Shown: positions 39,153-49,640, numbered from the stretch's first letter. The stretch is DNA of 64,000 nt from Candidatus Methanomethylophilaceae archaeon (GCA_050950505.1 JBMNHS010000002.1:32001-96000), one strand, 5' to 3'. Numbers and translations are program-made. Notes: generated by a model not told the origin, from the sequence alone.

Positions 39153-40457
39153 TCAATTGTGCCAGGGGTTGCGGCGGACTATCGTGTCTTCCCGCCCCGG
39201 CCCGATACTTACTATGTCCACGGGGGCCTTGAGTTCTTTCTCAATGAATTCGATGTAGTCTTTGGCTTCCCGGGGCAGGGCGTCATAACCCTTTTTGACC
39301 ATTTCCGCGGTGTTGTCCCAGTGGGCCCAACCTTTCAGTGTTTTATACACAGGTTTGGCTCTTTTCAGTTTGGAAATCGAAGAAGGGAACCTGGTGACGG
39401 TCTCGCCGTCGATTTCGTATCCGACGCAGATATTGACCTCATCATATCCGCAGAGAACATCGATTTTTGTAAGGGCGATGGACGTGAACCCGCACAATCT
39501 GGTCGAGTATTTTACCTGAACGAGATCCAACCACCCGCATCTGCGGTTTCTTCCCGTGACGGTGCCGACTTCCCCTCCGAGCATCTGAAGTTTTCTTTCT
39601 TCCTCCCCTTCAAGGGCGGAAACCATGGGGCCTTCGCCGACCCGGGTGGTGTATGCTTTCAGACAACCCACGACGTGGTTTATGGCACGGGGAGGCACAC
39701 CGGCTCCCGCACAGGCACCTCCGGCGCAGGTAGAGGACGAAGTGACGTAAGGGTAAGTTCCGTGGTCTATGTCGAGCATGGCGCCCTGTGCGCCCTCGAA
39801 TACGACTTTCTTGCCCTCGTCCAAAGCGTTATTGACCAAATCCGAAGTATCGCAGACATATTCGCCGATCATGTCCCGCCATTTCATCATCATATCGAAA
39901 AGGGGTTTGTCGAAGACGCCTTCTTCACCCACGCCCATCATGTTCAAAAGGTCTTTTTTGTAAGAGGAAACGAATTTTATTTTTTCTTTGAGAAGATCTT
40001 CTTCGAATAAGTCTCCGACCCGGAATCCTATTCTGGCGATTTTATCCTGATATGTGGGCCCGATTCCTTTTTTGGTGGTTCCCACGGGAGTGTTTCCGCG
40101 GTATTTTTCCTCGGCGCCGTCCAGTTTCTGGTGGTAATTCACTATCATGTGGGCTCTGTCGGAAATCTTCAACCCGTCAATCGAGGCACCGCCGTTGAGA
40201 ACTCTTTCGATTTCTCCGGAAAGTTCCTCCATGTTGATGACCACGCCGTTGCCGATGACGGCGGTCTTTCCGGGCCTGAGAACGCCGGAGGGCAGGGTCT
40301 GCAGCTTGAACGTCACACCGTTGACGATGATTGTGTGTCCGGCGTTGTTCCCTCCCTGGAACCTGACGATAAAATCAGCGTCTTCGCCCAGATAATCTGT
40401 TATTTTTCCTTTTCCCTCGTCGCCCCATTGAGCGCCTATGATTACAAGACCCGGCAA
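39153..40457 (-). CDS. purA: Adenylosuccinate synthetase
   Basis: QWGDEGKGK, GGNNAGHT, EGAQG and GTVTGRNRRCGW motifs. Confidence 0.98.
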   Translation of the reverse strand: MPGLVIIGAQWGDEGKGKITDYLGEDADFIVRFQGGNNAGHTIIVNGVTFKLQTLPSGVLRPGKTAVIGNGVVINMEELSGEIERVLNGGASIDGLKISDRAHMIVNYHQKLDGAEEKYRGNTPVGTTKKGIGPTYQDKIARIGFRVGDLFEEDLLKEKIKFVSSYKKDLLNMMGVGEEGVFDKPLFDMMMKWRDMIGEYVCDTSDLVNNALDEGKKVVFEGAQGAMLDIDHGTYPYVTSSSTCAGGACAGAGVPPRAINHVVGCLKAYTTRVGEGPMVSALEGEEERKLQMLGGEVGTVTGRNRRCGWLDLVQVKYSTRLCGFTSIALTKIDVLCGYDEVNICVGYEIDGETVTRFPSSISKLKRAKPVYKTLKGWAHWDNTAEMVKKGYDALPREAKDYIEFIEKELKAPVDIVSIGPGREDTIVRRNPWHN

Positions 40458-40499
40458 TTACTCACCGAAACACCCAAGGCGTCCCGCTATAAAAATACA

Positions 40500-41606
40500 T
40501 TATCGTCTGTTGTTCGGTGTAACCTCCCGGTAGACGTTCAACACATCTTCCAGGGTCAGGTTTGTTTTGAAGGATGTGGGGGAGACATGGGTTTTGGAAG
40601 CTTTTCCGTGACCGTTCAGAGCTTCGATAATATCGTCCATCCGCGGCGGAGACAACTTGAGGTGGGAAGAAAGTTCGCTCATGTCGTAGACAAAGACTTC
40701 CGTGTCAAGTTCCTCTCTCCACAGTTTCAGCATTTTGTCGCATCTCTTCACTTCGGACATTCCTTCCGAAGACATCTTTTTAAGAAGTTCCGAATCGTGA
40801 AGCGGCCCCAACCAGAACGGCCCCATGCGGTGTCCGTCGTCGGGAAGCGGGGATGTGGATCTCTCCAAAGTTTTGTTGTCGTACCCCATGTATCCCAACC
40901 GGGAGAGGCTGCCGTCGGCGGCAACCGCACCTTCGGTCACCCGCACGTAAGTTCGGTAATAGTGATCGGCGGCAAAAGAAAGCAAAGGTTTCATTCCTCT
41001 GTCAAATTTAGCCAGCTCTCTTGCCACGGTACTCATGAGGATTCTGAGTCCGCCTTCATGGCACATGTATCCTCTGATGGGTTCGGCCTGGTAGCGTCTC
41101 CGGCATTTCACGGCCTGGGCACCGGCCAAAGGAGCGGTATCCGTCGCAGTAATGGCCAGAATGCCGTTTTTGCGGCATCCTCTGATGGCGGATTGAAGGA
41201 AAGGCACCGGTGAACCGAAAGGATCCAAATCAACGTAATCATAGACGCCTTCAGTGAAAAGAACGTGAAGATTTTTGTTTGACGGAACGCAGTTTGTCAA
41301 TCTGTTGAGTTCAATGTTTCTTTTTATGTACTCCATCGAATCGGAGTCGATGTCGTTGGCAACCACTTCGGTACCGGGGACTTCGTTGGCGATTCTCGCG
41401 GCCCTTGCTCCGGTGGCCGTCATGGCATCCGCGACGGTAATGTTCTCGTCGATTGCGCGGAGAAGCATAACACTGACATCTCTGTTGAATGCCATCTGTT
41501 CGTTGAAAAAAACTTCGGAACCTTTTTTTCCGGGACCGCCGGAAGAATGTTCGGCGGGCACCGACAGGAGAGTATCTCCTTCCTGAATAACGATATGCCG
41601 ATTCAT
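40500..41606 (-). CDS. trm1: tRNA (guanine26-N2)-dimethyltransferase
   Basis: VFFNEQMAFNRD, DLDPFGSP, TATD and HEGGLRIL motifs. Confidence 0.95.
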   Translation of the reverse strand: MNRHIVIQEGDTLLSVPAEHSSGGPGKKGSEVFFNEQMAFNRDVSVMLLRAIDENITVADAMTATGARAARIANEVPGTEVVANDIDSDSMEYIKRNIELNRLTNCVPSNKNLHVLFTEGVYDYVDLDPFGSPVPFLQSAIRGCRKNGILAITATDTAPLAGAQAVKCRRRYQAEPIRGYMCHEGGLRILMSTVARELAKFDRGMKPLLSFAADHYYRTYVRVTEGAVAADGSLSRLGYMGYDNKTLERSTSPLPDDGHRMGPFWLGPLHDSELLKKMSSEGMSEVKRCDKMLKLWREELDTEVFVYDMSELSSHLKLSPPRMDDIIEALNGHGKASKTHVSPTSFKTNLTLEDVLNVYREVTPNNRR

Positions 41607-42151
41607 CAGTCCTGTTCACCGTTCATCAGGCGAATAATTTTGTAAGGCAATAAGTTGCGGTTTGTGGGCGTGACTTCGAGAATGCGCATGTCGTCACGCC
41701 TCCGGATATCCTGTAAAAGAGGGTTTCTGGATTTTTTGTGTATGGTTATAATCATGGGTTTACCAAGTTCCAAAGCCTCTTTTACCGCGTCTATGAAAGC
41801 GGGACACTCCACTTCCAAACGTCCTACTTCATCAATGGCCACAATGTCGCATTCCTCGCCGGCACGTTTGATTGCGGTGACCCCCACTTTTTCCAAAGCT
41901 TCGACGTCCACGCCCATTTTGCCGACGGTTATTCGGCTTTCGATGTCATTGCTGGCGAATATTTCGGAATCTCCGGTTATGAGATCTCTTACGGAACAGC
42001 CGGTTTTGTGCCTTCCTTCCATTATAGGGTCATTTATCATTCCGCCTATGGTAAGACCGCCTTCCTCCAGCATTTCAATAACTTTTTGAAGAACATAGGT
42101 CTTGCCCGCACCGGGCAAACCCGTAATTCCGATTTTTATATTATTCGCCAT
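41606..42151 (-). CDS. Nucleoside triphosphatase, THEP1 family
   Basis: ITGLPGAGKT, IDEVGRLE and TPTNRN motifs. Confidence 0.9.
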   Translation of the reverse strand: MANNIKIGITGLPGAGKTYVLQKVIEMLEEGGLTIGGMINDPIMEGRHKTGCSVRDLITGDSEIFASNDIESRITVGKMGVDVEALEKVGVTAIKRAGEECDIVAIDEVGRLEVECPAFIDAVKEALELGKPMIITIHKKSRNPLLQDIRRRDDMRILEVTPTNRNLLPYKIIRLMNGEQD

Positions 42152-42212
42152 AATTTTTTATCTCGAAGTACATCTGTATAGGCATTAATCAATATAAACC
42201 TCTTCTTTGATT

Positions 42213-42596
42213 TCAGTCTTCTTTGATTTCTGAAACATACATCAGAGGGTAACCGAGTTCTGGGTCATATCGCATTTCCGCGACGGCAGTGACGTTTTCT
42301 ATTTTTATTTTAACAACCACGTCTATTTTTTCCCCGGAAAGAGAGAAATACGAATACTCGTCCTTCGATTTTCCGAAAACACCGCGGTCAATGCGTATTT
42401 TGGCACTTTCGACGTAAGGCTGAGTGCATATGCTTTTTTCCATGGCGGTTTCAATCGCTTCAACGCCTTCGAGATTTACGGGGGTACCGACAAACTGATG
42501 GTAAACCGTACCCATTTTGATGCCCGCTTCAAACAGGACTCTTTCACGGATCGTACAGTTGAATCTGCTTGCGGCCAATGCTTCTCTGTCTGTCAT
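42213..42596 (-). CDS. mptD: Archaeal dihydroneopterin aldolase (DUF381)
   Basis: RERVLFEAGIKMGTVYHQFVGTPV and YPLMY motifs. Confidence 0.88.
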   Translation of the reverse strand: MTDREALAASRFNCTIRERVLFEAGIKMGTVYHQFVGTPVNLEGVEAIETAMEKSICTQPYVESAKIRIDRGVFGKSKDEYSYFSLSGEKIDVVVKIKIENVTAVAEMRYDPELGYPLMYVSEIKED

Positions 42597-42681
42597 CCCT
42601 GCGGATTATGGGTTCTTTGATTATATTTCTATAGTTTGTAAGTCAAGTAAGGGTTTATTTATGGAATCATATAACGACGCA

Positions 42682-43581
42682 ATGGAAATCACGCAGGACA
42701 TGGTTCTGAAATTGAAAAGCGAAAAGAATGCGATTATTCTTGCGCACAATTATACATTGCCCGAAATACAGGATGTGGCGGACTTTGTCGGGGACTCACT
42801 GGGTCTTTCGCGCAAGGCCTCCGAAACCGATGCGGACATAATCGTATTCTGCGGCGTCAGCTTCATGGGGGAAACTGCAAAAATACTCAATCCGGACAAG
42901 AAAGTATTGCTTCCCGTGCCCGATGCGGGCTGCGCCATGGCGTCCATGTGCACCGGTGAACAGGTCAGAGTTTTAAGGAAAAAATATCCTGAGGCGGCAT
43001 TTCTGGCATATGTGAACACAACGGCGGACGTGAAGGCGGAAGTCGATTTGTGCTGCACTTCTTCGAATGCGGTAGCCGCCGTGAAATCTCTTGAGGAAAA
43101 GGACATAGTTTTCGTCCCGGATATGAATCTGGCTGCGCATGCCGCATCCAAGGCTCCTGAGAAAAACATCATATCTTTTCACGGATACTGTCCCGCCCAC
43201 CAGGGCATAACCGTCTGGCAGATTGAAGATCTGAAGAAAAAGCATCCCGGTGCGGAAGTAATCGTCCATCCGGAATCTCCCATGAATGTTCTGGAAATGT
43301 CGGATTTCATCGGATCCACCGAGAAGATGATCGATTACGTCAAGGAATCGTCCAAGAACGAGTTCATCGTCGGAACCGAAGTCGGAATGGGACACAGGCT
43401 GAAGAAAGAAAAGCCCGGGGCGGAATTCCATTTTCCTCCGAACGCTTTGTGTCAAACCATGAAGATGACCGATCTCAGGGTGCTGTACAAATCACTCTCC
43501 GAGGAGTCCGGCGAGATTATTCTCGACAAAGATGTCATGGAACGGGCACGCAAGCCTCTCGAAAAGATGCTGACGATATAA
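42682..43581 (+). CDS. nadA: Quinolinate synthase A
   Basis: ILAHNY, GDSL, FCGVSFMGE, AGCAMA, YVNT, CPAH, VHPE and CQTMK motifs. Confidence 0.96.
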   Translation: MEITQDMVLKLKSEKNAIILAHNYTLPEIQDVADFVGDSLGLSRKASETDADIIVFCGVSFMGETAKILNPDKKVLLPVPDAGCAMASMCTGEQVRVLRKKYPEAAFLAYVNTTADVKAEVDLCCTSSNAVAAVKSLEEKDIVFVPDMNLAAHAASKAPEKNIISFHGYCPAHQGITVWQIEDLKKKHPGAEVIVHPESPMNVLEMSDFIGSTEKMIDYVKESSKNEFIVGTEVGMGHRLKKEKPGAEFHFPPNALCQTMKMTDLRVLYKSLSEESGEIILDKDVMERARKPLEKMLTI

Positions 43582-43638
43582 CCGTTCCGATCTTTGCGAA
43601 GAATGATTATACGGCATGGGGATACGCCATCGAGGATT

Positions 43639-43694
43639 GCCGGATGAAGATAACTCCATTCTGAACCGTGATGAGCCCTATGAGTGCTGACGGC
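43639..43694 (+). ncRNA. Box C/D guide sRNA (sR-tMet-like)
   Basis: C box ATGAAGA 43644-50, D' CTGA 43661-64, C' GTGATGA 43668-74, D CTGA 43687-90; terminal stem GCCG/CGGC; TTATA ~30 nt upstream; lies between convergent nadA and hjc. Confidence 0.88.
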
Positions 43695-43697
43695 GCC

Positions 43698-44231
43698 TCA
43701 ATCGTCAATTCTTGTTGAGAGCATGTATGAAAGGAACTCGCTGAGTTTCATGCCGTTTTCCCATCTCATGATATAATTCCCGTTGGAAGACGTTTCCACT
43801 TCGGGAACTCTTCTCACAAGCAGCCTGTTGAGTCCGTTAAAGGAAGTTTCCGACGGTATGGTGAAAATTCTCCAAGGGTCTCCTCTGACTCTTTTGAGTC
43901 TGAATGCGTAAATCGGCACAAGTCCGGATTTCTGACAATCGGACAGCATCTGTTCCGCCTGTTCTCCCAAACGGGGATTCCGGCTGAAATGCAACGTGTC
44001 GCTGTTCGAACTCTTGACTTCGATGGGAAACGAGAAATCCCATCTCAATGCGACAAGATCCACACCCAGAGATCCTGCGGCGCGTAAGACGAGGAAAGGA
44101 TTATCGCACATCGAAGCGTATGCTTCCTTTTCCTTCGGGTCGCAGGTCCGTACAATTTTGTCAATAGCAGTTGCATCTCCCGATAACAGGTTTTTCAATT
44201 CTCTTTCGTAGGTACTGCCCGCGGCGGCCAT
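43698..44231 (-). CDS. hjc: Archaeal Holliday junction resolvase
   Basis: GSTYEREL, LRAAGSLGVDLVA and IEVKS motifs. Confidence 0.88.
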   Translation of the reverse strand: MAAAGSTYERELKNLLSGDATAIDKIVRTCDPKEKEAYASMCDNPFLVLRAAGSLGVDLVALRWDFSFPIEVKSSNSDTLHFSRNPRLGEQAEQMLSDCQKSGLVPIYAFRLKRVRGDPWRIFTIPSETSFNGLNRLLVRRVPEVETSSNGNYIMRWENGMKLSEFLSYMLSTRIDD

Positions 44232-44297
44232 AATGGTAAAAACACGTAAGAGGTTTATAAACCGGTCCGGGGGAGTTCCCCGAATCCGCCGAAAGTG

Positions 44298-45611
44298 TCA
44301 GGGAGACAGTCTCGTGACGTCTCTGGGAAACAGAATCGCTTCTCTGATGTTGGGCAGATCGAGCATTTTCACCAGAAGACGCTCGGTGCCTATGCCCCAT
44401 CCGCCGTGGGAAGGCATTCCGTATCTGAAAGCTTCAAGATAAAATTCCAGGTCTTTCGGGTCGAGACCTTTCTTTCTGATCCTGGCTTCAAGTTCTCCGA
44501 TGCGGTGTTCCCTCTGCCCTCCGGATGAAATCTCTTGGCCTTTGTAATCCAAATCGAAGGAATAGGAATAAGGGGTACCGTCCTTTTCCATGATGTAAAA
44601 CGGCTTCTCCTCTTCGGGATATTCGTGAATGAAGTAAAGGTCGTATCCTTTTTCCCCCATGTGGTCCCCAACGAGTTTCTCCCCTTCGGTTCCCAGATCT
44701 TCCCCGGCTTTCAGGTTCAGTCCCCGGTCACGGACGATTTCGAGACACTCTTCGTATGTCAGTCTGGGATAAGGCAACGAAGGGATTTCGATTTCTTTTT
44801 CCAGAATTTTGAACTGTTCGGCTCCTCTTTCCTTCATGCCCCTCAGAACATAATCGACAACGGTTTCCACCATGGACATGACATCATCCTGAGATTCGAT
44901 CCAAGCCATTTCTCCGTCGAAAGAAACGAATTCGGTGACGTGCCTGGTCGTATGGGAGTTTTCCGCACGGAAGGCCGGAGCGATTTCAAACACACGGTCC
45001 ATTCCGGAAGACATGAGCATCTGTTTGTAGAGCTGTGGGCTTTGGGCGAGATAAGCTTCCCTTCCGAAATAATCAACCGTAAACAGAGTGGCGCCCCCCT
45101 CGGCGCCGGAAGAATTTATTTTCGGAGTGGTGATCTGAACAAATCCGTTTTTCCTGCAGGCTTCGGATATCAGTTCGAACATGAGGGATTTCAGTTCGAA
45201 CACGGCTTTGACTTCCGGTTTTCTCAAATCGATGAATCTGTGGTTAAGGCGGGTGTCCATCTCAACGTTGACTTTGTCTATGACTCCCATCGGAAGAGGA
45301 ACCCCCGCTTCCGAAACGATTTTCGCCGAAGTGGGTATTATTTCCAGACCCAAAGCGGTTTGGTTGCTTTCTTTCACTTCTCCGGTCACGGATACGGCCG
45401 ATTCCCGTGATACCGTGGTCAGCGTCTCGAAGAGTTCGGGTTCTATTTTCTTCTTGGGCATGGTTACCTGCACGGTGCCGTATCTGTCCCTCAGGGTAAG
45501 GAATGAAATCCCTCCCAAGTTCCTGATGTCCTGTACCCAACCGTTAACGGTGGCGGTCCCGTCTTCCACCCTTATGTTTCCAGTATTTCTAATCGGAGTC
45601 ATTTGATCCAC
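44298..45611 (-). CDS. aspS: Aspartyl-tRNA synthetase (archaeal type)
   Basis: OB-fold GWVQDIRNLG; LAQSPQLYKQ, FRAE..RH, EISSGGQR and FPRD motifs. Confidence 0.97.
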   Translation of the reverse strand: MDQMTPIRNTGNIRVEDGTATVNGWVQDIRNLGGISFLTLRDRYGTVQVTMPKKKIEPELFETLTTVSRESAVSVTGEVKESNQTALGLEIIPTSAKIVSEAGVPLPMGVIDKVNVEMDTRLNHRFIDLRKPEVKAVFELKSLMFELISEACRKNGFVQITTPKINSSGAEGGATLFTVDYFGREAYLAQSPQLYKQMLMSSGMDRVFEIAPAFRAENSHTTRHVTEFVSFDGEMAWIESQDDVMSMVETVVDYVLRGMKERGAEQFKILEKEIEIPSLPYPRLTYEECLEIVRDRGLNLKAGEDLGTEGEKLVGDHMGEKGYDLYFIHEYPEEEKPFYIMEKDGTPYSYSFDLDYKGQEISSGGQREHRIGELEARIRKKGLDPKDLEFYLEAFRYGMPSHGGWGIGTERLLVKMLDLPNIREAILFPRDVTRLSP

Positions 45612-45710
45612 TCCTCTAATCCCCTTACCATTAATAAATTAAGTGCGGAAATCACCGTCCCTGACGGTAACATATTATAAATCAGAGGACTTATTCGGTT
45701 CAGTTTCAAA

Positions 45711-46865
45711 ATGGGTATAACCATGTCAAAGGAAAAAGTCACAGTATCAGTCATCAAAGCGGACGTCGGATCGGTAGTGGGTCATTCAAAGCCTCACCCT
45801 TCAATGATGGACGCAGCCAACGACGTTTTGAAGGATGTTCAGAAACAAGGAATCATCGAAGATTTCTATGTCACCCGAGTCGGTGACGATATAAACCTGT
45901 TCATGACCCACTACAAAGGGGAAGACCACAAAGACATTCACGGTGCCGCATGGGAATGCTTCCAGAGGGCCACAAAAATCGCAAAGTCCATGAAACTTTA
46001 TGCTGCAGGTCAGGACATTCTCACCGATGCTTTTTCGGGAAACGTGAAAGGCGCGGGACCCGGATCCGCGGAGTTTTCCTTCGTTGAAAGGAATTCCGAA
46101 CCTTTGCTGTTTTTCATGGCGGACAAGACGGAACCTTCCGCATATTCCCCTTTGCTGTCCAGAATATTTTTGGACCCCTTTACCACAACCGGTTTGGTTA
46201 TTGACGCAAGAGCCAAGAAAGGATTCGACGTCACCATCCAGGATGTGATGGATCACAAGAAAGTCGTAATGTCCTCTCCCGAGGAAACCCTCAGTATCCT
46301 CAGTCTTCTGGGCGACACTTCCAGATACGCAATCAAAACAATCGAATCCAGAGCGGGAATCGGCCCGGCCTGTGTCGTTTCCACCGATAAGCTTAATTTC
46401 AGCGCAGGAAAGTATGTCGGAAAGGACGACCCGGTCTGCATCTGCCGTGCGCAGAGCGGTCTGCCTTCCGTGGGTGAATACCTGCAGCCCTTCATGAACC
46501 CCACAATCGTGGCGGGATGGATGAGAGGATCTCACTACGGTGCGTTCTACCCCTGTTCTCCCGAAGAGTCCGATCCGACCTATTTCGACGGACCTCCGAG
46601 AATCAGCTGTCTCGGATTCCAGCTTAACGAAGGCAAGCTTCAGGGACTTGAACCCCTCAATTCAAAGAACGGCGAACACATACCCGTTGATTTCTTCAAG
46701 AGCAACACCTGGGATGTCGCAAGGGAGGAGTCCATCAAAGTTTCCAGACTCATGAGGAGCCAGGGACCTTTCATGCCTTCGATACTCGGACCTGAGGAAA
46801 TGGAATACACTTCCAGACCCGAGGTTCTGAAGTCTCTCACTTCGAGGTTTGAGGACATTGAATAA
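45711..46865 (+). CDS. fbp: Fructose-1,6-bisphosphate aldolase/phosphatase
   Basis: IKADVGS..GH, VGDD, LYAAGQD, DKTEP, YVGKDDP and GWMRGSH motifs. Confidence 0.96.
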   Translation: MGITMSKEKVTVSVIKADVGSVVGHSKPHPSMMDAANDVLKDVQKQGIIEDFYVTRVGDDINLFMTHYKGEDHKDIHGAAWECFQRATKIAKSMKLYAAGQDILTDAFSGNVKGAGPGSAEFSFVERNSEPLLFFMADKTEPSAYSPLLSRIFLDPFTTTGLVIDARAKKGFDVTIQDVMDHKKVVMSSPEETLSILSLLGDTSRYAIKTIESRAGIGPACVVSTDKLNFSAGKYVGKDDPVCICRAQSGLPSVGEYLQPFMNPTIVAGWMRGSHYGAFYPCSPEESDPTYFDGPPRISCLGFQLNEGKLQGLEPLNSKNGEHIPVDFFKSNTWDVAREESIKVSRLMRSQGPFMPSILGPEEMEYTSRPEVLKSLTSRFEDIE

Positions 46866-47541
46866 GAAACTCTTCCGCAAACCGGTAATAATCGTGAATT
46901 TCAAAGCATACCGTGAGGTCGACGGACCCGGTGCTTTGGAGTTGGCCAAGATCTGCGAGAAAGTCTCCGAAGAGGCAGGAATCAACATAGGAATATGCCC
47001 CCCGTCGGTTGATTTGGGTTACGTGGCACGGAACGTTTCCATACCCGTGTTCTCTCAGAACGTGGATCCGAGAGCCCCGGGTTCCGCCACGGGATGGGTG
47101 ACTCCTTCCATGGTGAAAGCCTGCGGGGCCCTCGGAACGCTGATTAACCATACCGAACACAAAATCAAAATCAAAGACATCGAAGAGTGCATGGAACTGT
47201 CCAAAGCTTCCGATCTCTACACGGTCGTCTGTTCCGACAACGACAAGGTCGCCGCCGAAGTTTCCAAATTCAAACCGGATTTCGTTGCGGTGGAACCTCC
47301 GGATCTGATCGGCGGGGACGTTTCCGTCACCACCGCAAACCCCAAGATTATCGAAAACACCGTTGATGCCGTGAGGGAAGTCAACCGTTCCGTGATGATT
47401 CTCTGCGGCGCCGGAATCAAAAACGGGGGCGATGTGAAGGCTGCCCTCGAACTGGGCACCGACGGGGTGCTGTTGGCTTCCGGTGTCGTCCGCGCCAAAG
47501 ATCCCGAGGCCGCGGTCAGAGACCTGGTCAGAAACGTCTGA
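46858..47541 (+). CDS. tpiA: Triosephosphate isomerase (archaeal type)
   Basis: VNFKAY, INHTE, AVEPPDLIG and LLASG motifs; TTG start approximate. Confidence 0.95.
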   Translation: MNKKLFRKPVIIVNFKAYREVDGPGALELAKICEKVSEEAGINIGICPPSVDLGYVARNVSIPVFSQNVDPRAPGSATGWVTPSMVKACGALGTLINHTEHKIKIKDIEECMELSKASDLYTVVCSDNDKVAAEVSKFKPDFVAVEPPDLIGGDVSVTTANPKIIENTVDAVREVNRSVMILCGAGIKNGGDVKAALELGTDGVLLASGVVRAKDPEAAVRDLVRNV

Positions 47542-47598
47542 GATTATACTAACTGCCGTACTCCCGTTCATAAGGGAGTACGCGCAAACATTTTCCTG

Positions 47599-49635
47599 AT
47601 GAGATTCAGAACTTCAGCGGTAGTTTTTCTCTTACTGTTCGGTTCCTTTGCTTTGATTCCCGGATGTCACGCGGCACCGGGACCGGGATTGATGATAACC
47701 GAAGTCCAGCCCGTGGGGACCGAAGGTTTCACATTATACAACCCCGGGCCGGAAGATTTGAATCTCAAAGGGTTTTATCTTTCCGACGGTGAGGGAAAGG
47801 TATCCTTTACCAAATCCTTCACTCTCCCTTCACGGGAAGAAATTACCTTTTCCTTTGACGTTACCTCCGACCAGACATTTCTCAACCGGCCGGACCGGCC
47901 GAATATAAACGTCGTTCAAATCGGAACGGAGGGAATCGTTTCCGAGGGAAATTTCAGACTTGCCGACGCCGGTGACGATCTCTACGTACACGCTCCCGAC
48001 GGCAGAATCCTTGATTCCGTCTGCTGGGGAAACGTGACCGCCATCGGGTGGATCGGCGAACCGCCGCAACGTCCGAACAAAGACCGGTATCTGATAAGAT
48101 GCTCCCCCATAGACACCGACTCCGCTTTGGATTGGAGGCTTACCCGTCCGGGGATGACCGACAGAAACCAAGGTCCGGTTTTCGAAGCGAGCGTGATTCC
48201 TTTCACATTTCCGGAATCCGAGGGTTCGGAAGTGTACCGGGCTTTGGAATCGGCGGAACACGAAGTTCTGATAGCGATTTATCAGATCACCAGCAGAAAC
48301 GTCATGGGTCTGCTGTGCGAACTAGCGGAAAGGGACGTAAACGTGACCGTGCTTCTGGAAGGTTCGCCTCTGGGAAGCAAAGACATCACCAATCTGGAAC
48401 GTACGATGATGAAATCCCTCGTGAACGCCGGAGGCGAAGTGAAACTCATAAACGACGCCAGAACGGGAGCGTCGGAAGGCACCGGATACCGCTTCACCTA
48501 CGTCCACTCCAAGTACGCCGTGATCGACGGCAAAACCACGGTGATAACTTCCGAGAATTGGACGGAGTCCAACATGGGCTCCGGAACCGGCAACAGAGGC
48601 TGGGGGGCAATCATAGAAAGCGAAGGTTACTCGGAATACATGAGGAAAATATTCCTCAACGATTCAAGCACATTTTACGGAGACTGCATGGATCTTGCAG
48701 ATCTGTATCCGGAACAGTCCCCATACCCCGGGGATCTGACATACACCGGATACGGCGGAGGCGGGAGCACGGTAACTTTTACCGATTGCACCGTATCCCC
48801 CGTCCTTTCTCCGGACAATTCATATCAGACGCTGAAATCTTTCATCGGTTCCGCTGAAACCAGAATATACGCTCAACAAATGGATGTTTCCAATTCTTAT
48901 CTGGGAATATCCGAAGATTCTCCCGTGTCATGGATGGTTGAAAGGGCTTCCGAAGGCGTTGACGGTAGATTCATCATCGACCTGACTTACGACCAAGGGA
49001 GCAAGGCGGCGGAAGTGGGACTGATCAACACAACCACTTCGTTGAAAGCCGCCGGCATGGAGGGTAACGGCACTTTTACGTCGGTTCACAACAAAGGAGT
49101 GATTGTCGACGACAGTGTGTGGGTGGGCTCCGTCAATTGGACGGACACGTCCTTCATGAAAAACAGGGAAACCGCGGTAATAATCCGTTCCGCGGGAGTT
49201 TCCGATTATTATGCGGAATATTTCCTGGCGGACTGGAACGACAACGACGTCACTTCCGAACTCAGGGCGGAAATATCGGCAGTATCGACGATATCCGAAA
49301 AAATTCATTGCTTTGAAGCGAAAGTCGTTCCCAACGGGAATTACATCTACAGATGGGATATTTACGGAGACGGGGAAACTGTCAGAATATCAAAGTTGCC
49401 CAAAATAATGTATGAAAATCCGAATCCGGGAAACCACACTCTGAAACTGACCGTAACGGAAGAATCCACCGGCAGGTCGGTGACGGCGAATTTGAATTAC
49501 ACGGTTGAAGAACCGACGGATGAAAGAAATATAGTCGAAAGTCCTTTCATAATTTATCTGATTGTGGGCGCAATCGCAGTAATATCCGCAACAGCCTACC
49601 TCAAATCAAGCAAATCCAAAGGGAAAGGAAACTGA
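47599..49635 (+). CDS. Secreted, C-terminally anchored phospholipase D-family protein with lamin-tail-like domain
   Basis: Signal peptide; LMITEV..TLYNP; two HKD motifs (HSKYAVID, HNKGVIVD); C-terminal TM plus basic tail. Confidence 0.85.
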   Translation: MRFRTSAVVFLLLFGSFALIPGCHAAPGPGLMITEVQPVGTEGFTLYNPGPEDLNLKGFYLSDGEGKVSFTKSFTLPSREEITFSFDVTSDQTFLNRPDRPNINVVQIGTEGIVSEGNFRLADAGDDLYVHAPDGRILDSVCWGNVTAIGWIGEPPQRPNKDRYLIRCSPIDTDSALDWRLTRPGMTDRNQGPVFEASVIPFTFPESEGSEVYRALESAEHEVLIAIYQITSRNVMGLLCELAERDVNVTVLLEGSPLGSKDITNLERTMMKSLVNAGGEVKLINDARTGASEGTGYRFTYVHSKYAVIDGKTTVITSENWTESNMGSGTGNRGWGAIIESEGYSEYMRKIFLNDSSTFYGDCMDLADLYPEQSPYPGDLTYTGYGGGGSTVTFTDCTVSPVLSPDNSYQTLKSFIGSAETRIYAQQMDVSNSYLGISEDSPVSWMVERASEGVDGRFIIDLTYDQGSKAAEVGLINTTTSLKAAGMEGNGTFTSVHNKGVIVDDSVWVGSVNWTDTSFMKNRETAVIIRSAGVSDYYAEYFLADWNDNDVTSELRAEISAVSTISEKIHCFEAKVVPNGNYIYRWDIYGDGETVRISKLPKIMYENPNPGNHTLKLTVTEESTGRSVTANLNYTVEEPTDERNIVESPFIIYLIVGAIAVISATAYLKSSKSKGKGN

Positions 49636-49640
49636 ACGAA

